Part shown: positions 46,501 to 54,741 of the stretch, one piece after another
How the letters are laid out: each line of letters starts with the position of its first letter
Position numbering within the stretch: position 1 is the first letter of the stretch
NCBI GenBank assembly: GCA_018822545.1
Contig: JAHJKA010000051.1
Span: forward strand, 12,570-76,569
Length of the DNA stretch: 64,000 nt
Reading direction: 5' to 3'
Origin: Pseudomonadota bacterium
Lineage (GTDB): Bacteria > Desulfobacterota > Desulfobulbia > Desulfobulbales > SURF-16
Notes under the pieces: model-generated
Seen by the model: only the letters and a program-made list of their open reading frames with translations
What the model was told of the DNA's origin: nothing
Databases searched by the model: none
Made by a program: the position numbers and the translations under genes

Positions 46501-47477
46501 GAGCTACTGAACTGGTGCGCCAGCTCATGCTTTTTGCCCGTAAAAAACAGCTGCGGCTGGTTGCTGTCGACATGAACGCAACCATACAGGGTATCCTCAA
46601 GATGCTCCAACGCCTCATTGGTGAAGACATCACCATTATCACCGATCTGAGCCAAGACCTCTGGACGGTCATGGGAGATGTGGGCAATATAGAGCAGGTG
46701 CTGATGAACCTGGCACTCAATGCCCGGGATGCCATGACCGACGGTGGCAAGCTCACTCTCCGCACCAAGAACATGGAAGTGCTCCCGCAGGACATCCCCG
46801 CAGAAAGCCCGATTCTACCGGGCAAATATGTCATGATCGGCGTTGAGGATACCGGCACGGGCATGGACCCTGTGACCTGCGACCATGTCTTTGAACCCTT
46901 CTTTACCACCAAGGAACCTGGCAAGGGCACCGGCCTGGGCCTTGCCGTGGCGTACAGCATTATTGAGGAGCATAAGGGCTGGTTTGAGGTGGAAAGCTCC
47001 CCGAACCAGGGCTCTCTCTTCAGATTCTGTCTGCCTGCAATTTCAGCTGCTGCCGCACCCAGTGCTTTACTGCACAACAGCATTAACCCCGCTCAGCTTA
47101 AAGGTCATGGCGAACGCATCCTGCTGGTGGAGGATGAAGTCATACTCAACGAATTCGCCTTCAAGGCCTTAACTCGATATGGCTATCAGGTACGCTCCAC
47201 CTATAACGCCGAAGAGGCTCTTACCATCTGGAAAAAAGAACAAGGCAATTTCGACCTGCTGTTTAGCGATGTGGTGCTGCCCGGCAAGAATGGCCTTCAG
47301 CTTGCCGAGGAACTCCGCAGTCGTAACCCCCTACTAAAAATACTTTTGACCAGCGGCTATACCGAACAAAAATCCCAAGCCCCTCTTATTAAAGAAAAAA
47401 AAATCCCCTTTCTGGAAAAACCCTATGATACTGTTAGACTGTTACAGAAAATCAAAGCCATTTTGCTCTCCTTATGA
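43551..47477 (+). CDS. Large hybrid sensor kinase (TM-Cache-like periplasmic domain-TM-PAS-PAS-GAF-PAS-HisKA-HATPase-REC)
   Basis: GGMAHDFNNILTAV (H-box), NLALNARDAM, DTGTGMD, GTGLGLAV, C-terminal REC LLFSDVVLPGKNG. ATG at 43551. Confidence 0.9.
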   Translation: MHDRQLQPDTTKVFLTFALLFLPFIVVLVVILATFTNQSITKDMAALQISNFSHLESGANSIQHDIAMAISDISYLQNDADLHEYVLSKDKKHLSRAAASIQRFSQTRKIYDQIRFINKKGKEEIRVSFDQGLHRLVAPEHLQDKSQRYYFTDTFRLQADEIYISPLDLNIDHGKIEEPHKPMLRFGMVIVDKQGQKQGVIIINYLARLLLNHYKEAVHASSLSGKHSHFPGNAMLVNQDGYWLLSPDKADEWGFMLGRQTTMAQKFPEAWQQIQAENSGSIITPAGCFFFTTVYPLGEHHLSSTGAMPPPGLSRKELTATDYKWKLISHVPARELRAVNSYSHRFPWLLFTAMIILAAPLLWVMAWSRNHHHLTTLNLRHREEQYRLLYHLAPMPYQSLDEKGHLLDINQAWLHTLGYEEDEVVGRPFADFIIQEQKAEFPLHFSKLTEIGQTHNFLLTLLHKNGTSILTSLNGQVIRDNEGNVLQTQCVFQDVTSQHKAMSELTSNLALLETIINTIPSIICLKDDKGRWLLANHLYLDICGLQGVNYQGKTDSELAWHSTRLKDELLSSKKEDAKVWEEGKTMRSEKAITLPDNQDEAFFDIVRQPNYRDGKPDNLLMVGFDITARKKNENSSRINQMRFQALCQLHRMADQDVNALHAFALEAAGTLSASKIGYLHCFAGKNRPPSFITWSLAGPIPCQTPENAPHNPEGMGLWQECLTSRTAVVHNNYQTLASHHGLPLGHVPIIHHMNVPLLDGDTVIGVLGVANKERPYSADDAEQLMLFAANIMVIFNQRQFSMALEQSQEEWLRTFDAISDVVTIQDKGMNIIKVNKAGALILGMPGEEIIGKKCYEIFHGADIPCPGCPIQDALHPFTPYLKEIYHEKLAKTFLVNASPIVDDQGNATSVAHFAKDITATKHLEMQLRQSQKMEAVGTLAGGMAHDFNNILTAVSGYVQLAMMKIPAAAPAFSDLEEVKKAADRATELVRQLMLFARKKQLRLVAVDMNATIQGILKMLQRLIGEDITIITDLSQDLWTVMGDVGNIEQVLMNLALNARDAMTDGGKLTLRTKNMEVLPQDIPAESPILPGKYVMIGVEDTGTGMDPVTCDHVFEPFFTTKEPGKGTGLGLAVAYSIIEEHKGWFEVESSPNQGSLFRFCLPAISAAAAPSALLHNSINPAQLKGHGERILLVEDEVILNEFAFKALTRYGYQVRSTYNAEEALTIWKKEQGNFDLLFSDVVLPGKNGLQLAEELRSRNPLLKILLTSGYTEQKSQAPLIKEKKIPFLEKPYDTVRLLQKIKAILLSL

Positions 47478-49648
47478 AAAATGAGCATGCCATGACCACT
47501 CGTTCGCTGCAAAAAATCAGCAAACCCAGACATTTGCTACTCCTGGCATTCATCTTGTGGAGTGCCGCCGTGGGGGGGATCTGGATGATAATCGCCATGG
47601 CCTCCCACCATACCTATGTTAAAAATATTGCTCTCCGTGAGGCCAGAACCTATATCAGTCGTACCCTCGGCATTCGGAGCTGGGTTGCCAGTCATGGTGG
47701 CGTCTATGTCCCGGCCAGCACCAAGACCCCACCTAACCCCTATCTTACCCACCTAGCTGATCGCGACATTGAGCTCCCAAATGGCAAGACCCTCACCTTG
47801 CTGAATCCGGCCTATATGCTCCGCAATCTCCAAGAGTCCTTTGCCGCCAATTTTCACATCCAGAGTCACATCACCAGCCTCAACCCTCTCCGCCCTGAAA
47901 ATGCGGCCAATGACTGGGAACGCCGGGCTCTAGAGTCCTTTACCACTGGCGCCCAGGAATTCAGCGAATTCACCAAGGACAACGATAAAGATATCCTCCA
48001 CCTCATGCAACCCCTGTTTACCCAAAAAAGCTGCCTCAAATGCCATGGGCAGCAGAGCTACCAGGAGGGGGATATCCGAGGCGGCATCAGTGTCACCATC
48101 CCCCTGGCCGAGATGATGGCCGATGCCCACGAGTACAAAATACACTTGGCCCTGTCCCTTGTCGGGCTCTGGCTCCTTGGCCTTTTCGGCATCTGGTTCT
48201 TCGGGCGCTGGATCGTTGCTGCGCTTGAGTCTCAGGATGAGGCAAACAGAAACCTTAAAATCCATCAGCTCAAACTTGAAGAGACGATCCAAAACCGCAC
48301 CAAATCATTGCGGGAAACACAAAGGCAGCTTGAAGAAGAGGCTCAAGAACGGCTCAAGATGCAGCACGCCGTGGAAAAATCCCACGGTGAGCTCCAGCAG
48401 ATCTTCGACTCTGCCGCCGACGGCATACGCGTTGTTGACTGGGACTATAATATGGTGATGTTTAACGACACCTTTGCCAGGATGGCGGGTGGCAGTCGCC
48501 AGGTACTTACCGGCCGCAAATGCTTTGAGGTCTTTCCCGGCACGTCCTGCCATACCCCTGACTGCCCACTGACCATGGCCAAAAATGGTCATGAAAAAAG
48601 CATTCACGAAGCCACTAAAACGGCGCTTACCGGCAACACCATGCGCTGCCTCACGGAAGCCTCTATTTTTCACGATACAGACGGCAAGGCCATGGGAATT
48701 CTCGAAAATTATCGTGATATTTCCAAAATAAAAGAACTGGAAGAAAATCTTTGCGAAGAGGCAGCCCGCAATGCTCGGCAGGCGGTAGATTTACAACAGA
48801 AAAATACCGATATCATCAGCCAGAATATCGCCCTGGAGCAGGCCTTAAGTGAGCTCAAGGCCACCCAGTCCCAGATGTTGCAGAATGAAAAAATGGCCAC
48901 GGTGGGCCAGCTCGCCGCCGGTGTGGCCCATGAGATCAACAATCCCACCGGCTTTGTCAGCTCAAACCTCTCAAGCCTTGAAAAATATATCCTGCGCATT
49001 ACCGATTTTCTGGCCCAGCTGCAAAAGGTGATACCACCGGAAAACCAAGAGGAAATCGCCACGCTGCGCAAAAAGATGAAAATCGATCATATCAGCGACG
49101 ACATCCACGATCTCATCCGTGAAAGTCTTGACGGTACCGAGCGCATCAAAAAAATCGTCATGTCGCTGAAGAACTTCTCGCGCACCGACCAGGAGGAGTA
49201 TGGCGCCGCCAATATCAACGACTGCCTTGATTCCACCCTGAACGTGGTCTGGAACGAGCTGAAATACAAGGCCACGGTGACCAAAGAATATGGCGAGCTG
49301 CCCCTAACAAAATGCTACGCCCAGCAACTCAATCAGGTCTTTATGAACCTGCTGGTCAACGGCGCCCAAGCCATCGCAGAGCAGGGCGTGATTACCATCA
49401 AGACCTGGTGCGATAGCGATAATATCTTCATCTCCATTAGCGATACCGGTTCCGGTATGGATGAAGAGACCATGGCCCATATCTTTGAGCCCTTCTATAC
49501 CACCAAGAAAAAAGATAAGGGCACCGGCCTGGGCTTGAGCATCGCCCACGACATCATCACCAAGAAGCACCAGGGCCGCCTCTGTGTGGAAAGCCACAAG
49601 GGCCAGGGTACCACCTTTATTATTGAAATCCCCATTGTCAGCGCCTGA
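47474..49648 (+). CDS. Sensor histidine kinase with a periplasmic DUF3365-type c-heme domain, PAS and kinase core
   Basis: RSWVASHGGVYVP...NPAYMLRN...RPENAANDWERRALESF...KSCLKCHG...IRGGISVTIP (DUF3365 pattern with a single CxxCH). AAGVAHEINNP H-box, GTGLGLSIA. Confidence 0.85.
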   Translation: MKNEHAMTTRSLQKISKPRHLLLLAFILWSAAVGGIWMIIAMASHHTYVKNIALREARTYISRTLGIRSWVASHGGVYVPASTKTPPNPYLTHLADRDIELPNGKTLTLLNPAYMLRNLQESFAANFHIQSHITSLNPLRPENAANDWERRALESFTTGAQEFSEFTKDNDKDILHLMQPLFTQKSCLKCHGQQSYQEGDIRGGISVTIPLAEMMADAHEYKIHLALSLVGLWLLGLFGIWFFGRWIVAALESQDEANRNLKIHQLKLEETIQNRTKSLRETQRQLEEEAQERLKMQHAVEKSHGELQQIFDSAADGIRVVDWDYNMVMFNDTFARMAGGSRQVLTGRKCFEVFPGTSCHTPDCPLTMAKNGHEKSIHEATKTALTGNTMRCLTEASIFHDTDGKAMGILENYRDISKIKELEENLCEEAARNARQAVDLQQKNTDIISQNIALEQALSELKATQSQMLQNEKMATVGQLAAGVAHEINNPTGFVSSNLSSLEKYILRITDFLAQLQKVIPPENQEEIATLRKKMKIDHISDDIHDLIRESLDGTERIKKIVMSLKNFSRTDQEEYGAANINDCLDSTLNVVWNELKYKATVTKEYGELPLTKCYAQQLNQVFMNLLVNGAQAIAEQGVITIKTWCDSDNIFISISDTGSGMDEETMAHIFEPFYTTKKKDKGTGLGLSIAHDIITKKHQGRLCVESHKGQGTTFIIEIPIVSA

Positions 49649-49650
49649 TT

Positions 49651-50673
49651 ATGACTGAAGAATTCCTTCATACACCGCAAGGGCGTAAGTTTCGTTTGAA
49701 CAGACAAGCTGATCAACTCAGCTATACCCTGCTCATTGTTGATGACGAACCGCAGATCATCTCAGCAGTGCGCCGCCTGCTTCTTGATGAACATATCACT
49801 ATTGCCTCCGCCACCAGCGCCGGTGAAGCCCTGGACTTTTTGGCACATCATGAGGTGGCTGTTCTTCTTACCGATAACTGCATGCCGGAGATGAGCGGCC
49901 TTGAGCTGTTAAATGCTGCCAAGAAAACCTCACCAGACACCGTGCGCCTGATGATGACCGGCAATGCTGATTTGCAGGTGGCGCTTTCAGCCATCAATGA
50001 GGGCGAGGTTTATAAATTTATCGTCAAGCCCTGGCACAACCAGGAACTGATTGCCATGATCATGGCGGCCGTCAACCGCTTTCAACTCATGCGGGCCCTG
50101 CAAAGCACTGACGAGCTTACCCTGCGCTCACTCGGCCAGACCATCGAACTCAAAGACGTCTATACCCGGGGCCATTGCGATAGGGTGGCCCATTTCGCCT
50201 TGCTGCTTGCTGACGCCCTGGGCTTCTCTGAAAAACGCAAAAAACATATCCGCCACGGCTGCTGGCTCCATGACTGCGGCAAGATCGGCATCCCCGGCGC
50301 TATCCTTAACAAGGAGGGCAAGCTCACGGCGGATGAATTTGAGCTCATTAAAAAACATCCCCTCTGGGGCTTGAAGGTGGCTGAGGAAGCCGGACTTGAT
50401 CAGGCGGTGCTCGATATTATCGTCGGCCACCATGAACGTTTTGACGGCAAGGGCTATCCCCACGGCCTTGTCGGCGAGGCCATTCCGCTTGAGGCCAGGA
50501 TTGCCGCCATTGCCGACGTCTACGACGCCCTGACCACGGACCGCGCCTACCGCACCAAGTTCAGCCACACCAAGGCTGTGAAAATTATGACCTCCGAAAG
50601 AGGCAAGGCCTTTGAAACAGCATTGCTCGATCTTTTTTGGACAAAACTTGCCGAGGAGGAAGGGGCCGTCTGA
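49651..50673 (+). CDS. Response regulator with an HD-GYP domain (RpfG-type c-di-GMP phosphodiesterase)
   Basis: REC LLTDNCMPEMSG. HDCGKIGIP ... HHERFDGKGYPHGL. Confidence 0.9.
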   Translation: MTEEFLHTPQGRKFRLNRQADQLSYTLLIVDDEPQIISAVRRLLLDEHITIASATSAGEALDFLAHHEVAVLLTDNCMPEMSGLELLNAAKKTSPDTVRLMMTGNADLQVALSAINEGEVYKFIVKPWHNQELIAMIMAAVNRFQLMRALQSTDELTLRSLGQTIELKDVYTRGHCDRVAHFALLLADALGFSEKRKKHIRHGCWLHDCGKIGIPGAILNKEGKLTADEFELIKKHPLWGLKVAEEAGLDQAVLDIIVGHHERFDGKGYPHGLVGEAIPLEARIAAIADVYDALTTDRAYRTKFSHTKAVKIMTSERGKAFETALLDLFWTKLAEEEGAV

Positions 50674-50698
50674 AAAATGGCTGCCTGAATTTACACCG

Positions 50699-50762
50699 GT
50701 AGGAGCTCGCCCCTGCGAGCGATACGAAGCACAAACTATCGCTCGCAGGGGCAAGCTCCTAC
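50699..50762. repeat. REP-like GC-rich palindrome (copy 1)
   Basis: GTAGGAGCTCGCCCCTGCGAGCGATA (50699-50724) / TATCGCTCGCAGGGGCAAGCTCCTAC (50737-50762), one mismatch. Related to the element at 62630. Confidence 0.85.
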
Positions 50763-50806
50763 AACAAACATTTCACCCCGTATGGACCTTTACTTTACGA
50801 GAAATA

Positions 50807-52438
50807 ATGGCAACAGCAGACTCCAACATCGACCACGATCAGCCGGCCGCCTATTACCACGCCATTATTAATGCCGTTCGTGATCCGCTTTTGATCATCA
50901 CCCCTGAGATGCGCTGCGTGTTCATCAACCAGGCGGCCCGTGATATTTTGCAGGTGGCTGACAACAGCTACCAAAACGCACCCTGCTTTCAACTCGTGCG
51001 CGGCTTTGACTCATCCTGCCATGAGCAGGGCGAGGAATGCCCGGTACGCGAAGCCCTGGCCAATGGCAAGACTGTCCGCATCGTCAAAGAAATGGCAATC
51101 TGCTCCTCCTTGGTGCGCACCTATGAAATCAGTGCTGTGCCCCTGAAAAATACGGCTGGGGTCATTACCCATGTGGTGGAGGTGTTACGCGACGTCACGG
51201 CCAGCCGGGACCATATGGAGCTCAAAGAGATTAGTGCCAAGATCGAGCAGGCCAAAAAGGAGTGGGAATCCACCATGGACTGTGTCCAGGATTTCGTTAT
51301 CCTCCTTGACGACCAAGGCTGTATCAAACGCCTCAACCGTCCCCTTGTCGACTTCAGTGGCCAGCCCTTTGCCAAAATCCTGGGCCAGGATTTCACGTCT
51401 TTTTTGGCCGCGCAAAATTTTGACACTACCGTGAACCCTGATGACCCGAAGAATCAAAACGAATACCTCCATGCACCCTCCGGCCGTACTTTTGTCATGC
51501 GCACCTATCCCCTGGTCACCACCCATGGCGAAATGAAGGTTGTCACCCTGAATGACATTACCCAGCGCAAATTTGCGGCCAGGCAGCTTGCTGAAAAAAA
51601 TAAAGAAATTGAAAATGCCTTCAAGGAGTTGAAGATTACTCAGTCCCACCTCCTCCAGCAGGAAAAAATGGCTTCGGTGGGCCAGCTTGCCGCAGGCGTC
51701 GCCCATGAGATTAACAACCCGGTGGGTTTTGTGACCAGCAACATCAACACCATGGGCAAATATCTGCAGAAGATCGGCGATTTTATGGAGTTACAAAACA
51801 AATTCGTCAGCAAATACTGCCCGGACGAGGACAAGGTCAAGACTCTCAAAGAGTATGCTAGTAAGATGAAGATTGATTTTATTATTGACGACACCAAGGA
51901 CCTGATCAACGAATCACTGGACGGGGTGGAGCGGGTTAAAAAAATCGTCATGAATCTGAAAAACTTTTCCCGGGTGGATCAGGCCGAACGCGCCCTGACC
52001 AATATCAACACCTGCCTGGATGACACCATCAATATCGCCTGGAACGAGCTGAAATATAAGTGTACTTTACATAAAGAGTACGGCGAACTGCCTCTGACCA
52101 AATGCTATCCCCAGCAGCTCAACCAGGTGTTTATGAACATCCTGGTCAACGCCGCCCAGGCCATAGCCAAAGAGGGCGTCATCACCCTAAAAACCTGGCT
52201 TGAAGATAACACTATTTTTATCAGCATAACCGATACCGGCAGCGGCATCAGCGCCGATAAGATCTCCCACATTTTTGAGCCTTTTTTCACCACCAAGGAT
52301 GTCGGCCAGGGCACTGGCTTGGGACTTAGTATCTCCTATGATATCATCGTCAACAAGCACGGCGGTGCTATCAACGTTACCAGCGAGGAAGGTAAAGGAA
52401 CCACCTTTACCATTACCTTGCCTGTGCTAGAAGAGTAA
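50807..52438 (+). CDS. Cytoplasmic PAS-PAS sensor histidine kinase
   Basis: ATG at 50807, since the ORF track extension translates the REP element. AAGVAHEINNPVGFV H-box, DTGSGI, GTGLGLSIS. Confidence 0.88.
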   Translation: MATADSNIDHDQPAAYYHAIINAVRDPLLIITPEMRCVFINQAARDILQVADNSYQNAPCFQLVRGFDSSCHEQGEECPVREALANGKTVRIVKEMAICSSLVRTYEISAVPLKNTAGVITHVVEVLRDVTASRDHMELKEISAKIEQAKKEWESTMDCVQDFVILLDDQGCIKRLNRPLVDFSGQPFAKILGQDFTSFLAAQNFDTTVNPDDPKNQNEYLHAPSGRTFVMRTYPLVTTHGEMKVVTLNDITQRKFAARQLAEKNKEIENAFKELKITQSHLLQQEKMASVGQLAAGVAHEINNPVGFVTSNINTMGKYLQKIGDFMELQNKFVSKYCPDEDKVKTLKEYASKMKIDFIIDDTKDLINESLDGVERVKKIVMNLKNFSRVDQAERALTNINTCLDDTINIAWNELKYKCTLHKEYGELPLTKCYPQQLNQVFMNILVNAAQAIAKEGVITLKTWLEDNTIFISITDTGSGISADKISHIFEPFFTTKDVGQGTGLGLSISYDIIVNKHGGAINVTSEEGKGTTFTITLPVLEE

Positions 52439-52448
52439 GGAGGCCCCC

Positions 52449-53663
52449 ATGACCCAAGCCAAAACCCGAATCCTCCTGATTGAAGATGATGATTTGCTCG
52501 CCCATTTCGTGGTCAATCTTCTTGAGGAGTATGCCGACGATTTTCAGATAGCCCATGCCGCCGACCTGGCTGACGGCATGGCCAAGCTCTCTGAATTGCA
52601 GCCTGAGGTTCTGCTACTTGACCTCAATCTGCCAGATTCTTCCGGGCTTGATACCCTGAAAACCGTTGTTGCTTCCGGTGCAAATACCGCGATCATCATC
52701 ATGACCGGCACCAACGATGAAGCAATAGCAACCTCAGCCCTCCAGCACGGCGCCCAGGATTATCTGATTAAAGGCCAGGGCAGCAATCTCCTCATCATCA
52801 AATCGATCCGCTACGCCCTGGAACGCAAACAGTTCCACGACCAGCTGCAGCTCAGCCAGAGCAAGATGCTGCAGAGTGAAAAAATGGCATCCATCGGCCA
52901 GCTGGCTGCCGGTGTTGCCCATGAGATCAACAACCCCATGGGTTTTATCACCAGCAATCTTAACTCCCTGGCCAAATACCTGGCACGTCTCCTTGAATTT
53001 CTGCAACTCCAGCACACGGCCCTGGCCAGCCATCCCGACCAAACCCTGCTTGCCGATCTCGCCGATCAGCGCCGAAAACTGAAAATTGATCTCATTAGTG
53101 CGGATATCAAAGAGCTCATCGCCGAATCCCTGATCGGTAGCGAGAAGGTTCAGGAGATTGTCCAGGGGCTCCGAAGTTTTTCACGCACGGACCAATCTCG
53201 CCATGAGCAGGCCAATATCAACGATATTATTGAGGACACCCTCAAGGTTGTCTGGAATGAACTTAAATATAAGACCACCATCACCAAAGATATGGGGCCG
53301 CTCCCCCTGGTTCATTGTTTTCCTCATCAACTTGGTCAGGTATTCATGAACCTGCTGGTCAACGCCGCCCAGGCCATCGACCAGCAGGGGAAGATCACCA
53401 TCCAAACTAAAGGTACGGCGGGTCAGGTTGTGATCAAAATCAGCGATACCGGCTGCGGCATTGCCCCAAGCAAAATCAAGCAGATATTCGACCCTTTTTT
53501 CACCACCAAACCAGTGGGGGAAGGAACCGGCCTGGGCTTGAGTATTGTTTATGATATAATCACCCATAAGCATGGTGGCCACATTGAGGTTACAAGCACC
53601 GTGGGTAAAGGCACCACCTTTACCATTACCTTACCTGTAGAGCAGGGGGACAACCGTGACTAA
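52449..53663 (+). CDS. REC-histidine kinase fusion
   Basis: RILLIEDD...LLLDLNLPDSSG (REC). AAGVAHEINNPMGFI H-box, DTGCGI, GTGLGLSIV. Confidence 0.9.
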   Translation: MTQAKTRILLIEDDDLLAHFVVNLLEEYADDFQIAHAADLADGMAKLSELQPEVLLLDLNLPDSSGLDTLKTVVASGANTAIIIMTGTNDEAIATSALQHGAQDYLIKGQGSNLLIIKSIRYALERKQFHDQLQLSQSKMLQSEKMASIGQLAAGVAHEINNPMGFITSNLNSLAKYLARLLEFLQLQHTALASHPDQTLLADLADQRRKLKIDLISADIKELIAESLIGSEKVQEIVQGLRSFSRTDQSRHEQANINDIIEDTLKVVWNELKYKTTITKDMGPLPLVHCFPHQLGQVFMNLLVNAAQAIDQQGKITIQTKGTAGQVVIKISDTGCGIAPSKIKQIFDPFFTTKPVGEGTGLGLSIVYDIITHKHGGHIEVTSTVGKGTTFTITLPVEQGDNRD

Positions 53664-54483
53664 TGAAAACGTGCAGATTCTCTGCGTTGATGATGAAGAA
53701 AATGTCCTCAAGGCCCTGCGTCGTCTGTTCATGGATGACGAGTATGACATCATCACCGTTACCTCCGGGGAGGAAGGCCTTGAGGCGCTCAACACTAATC
53801 CTGACGTCCAGCTGGTGATCTCCGACTACCGGATGCCGGGCATGAACGGCGTTGATTTTCTCAAAGAGGTCTGTGTGCGCCGGCCTGACACTGTCCGCCT
53901 CGTCCTTTCCGGCTACGCCGATACGGCTGCCATCGTTGCAGCCATCAACGAAGGCCAGATCTACAAATTCATTGCCAAACCCTGGAACGATGACGATCTC
54001 CGGGTCACCATTGCCAAGGCCCTGGAACTCTATTTTCTTCAGAAAGAAAATTCCTCCCTCACCATGGAGCTTCAAGACTCCAACGAGGAATTACGGCTGA
54101 TGAATGAAAATTTGGAAAAGATCGTAAAGGAACGCACTCAGGAAGTTATTTTCCAAAATAAAGCCCTGGCCACCGGCCATTTCATGCTCGACTCCCTACC
54201 GGTGGGCGTTATTGGCGTTGACCTCAACGATCTTGTTGTAAAATTCAACAAAAGCGCCGCCGAGATTCTCGCTGAACATGGTGCCATCCATGTAGGTATG
54301 GAGGCAGGGGACGTCCTACCCGCGGCCCTACAGCAGATGCTTGCCAGCCTGCAAAAAAACAGCCCCATTTTGCAAGAAAATATTGAACTTGGCAGCCATA
54401 GGGTACGCCTTACCGGCTCCTATATGAAAAGTCACGAGGGTCAGGTGGGTAAAATTCTCGTGTTGACTGCCGACCTTTCCTAA
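53656..54483 (+). CDS. Response regulator (RpfG-type REC) with a C-terminal PAS-like domain and no recognisable output
   Basis: ILCVDDEENVLKALRRLF...VISDYRMPGMNG...KPW, a coiled-coil linker, then a ~100-aa C-terminal domain. GTG start overlapping the upstream gene. Confidence 0.8.
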   Translation: MTNENVQILCVDDEENVLKALRRLFMDDEYDIITVTSGEEGLEALNTNPDVQLVISDYRMPGMNGVDFLKEVCVRRPDTVRLVLSGYADTAAIVAAINEGQIYKFIAKPWNDDDLRVTIAKALELYFLQKENSSLTMELQDSNEELRLMNENLEKIVKERTQEVIFQNKALATGHFMLDSLPVGVIGVDLNDLVVKFNKSAAEILAEHGAIHVGMEAGDVLPAALQQMLASLQKNSPILQENIELGSHRVRLTGSYMKSHEGQVGKILVLTADLS

Positions 54484-54591
54484 ATAGGACACTGTGTAAT
54501 TTACTTATCGTTACGTTTATGCAATCCATTGAACACGCACAAGGTTTGATATGTAAACCTGATTACCACTATCTTTCAGCCATGGTTTACG

Positions 54592-54623
54592 AGTCATTCC
54601 CACGCAGGCGGGAATGACTTTTG
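54592..54623 (+). terminator. Intrinsic terminator-like hairpin (GGGAATGAC-type REP motif)
   Basis: AGTCATTCCC (54592-54601) / GGGAATGACT (54610-54619) followed by TTTTG. About 110 nt after the stop at 54483. Confidence 0.55.
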
Positions 54624-54741
54624 CAGAGAGAGACCAGTTCGCTTTCAGCAAGTTCGACAGGAGTCTGTGGATGAGGCTGGAACCCCGCGGCAATCTGGTA
54701 TTTAAAAAAAATATTTTAACCTGCGCGAACATAGGGAAAAG

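Noticed and set aside
45780-46655. 291-aa minus-strand ORF inside the 1316-aa kinase gene
   Set aside because: Antisense artefact. The plus strand carries GAF/PAS/H-box motifs throughout.
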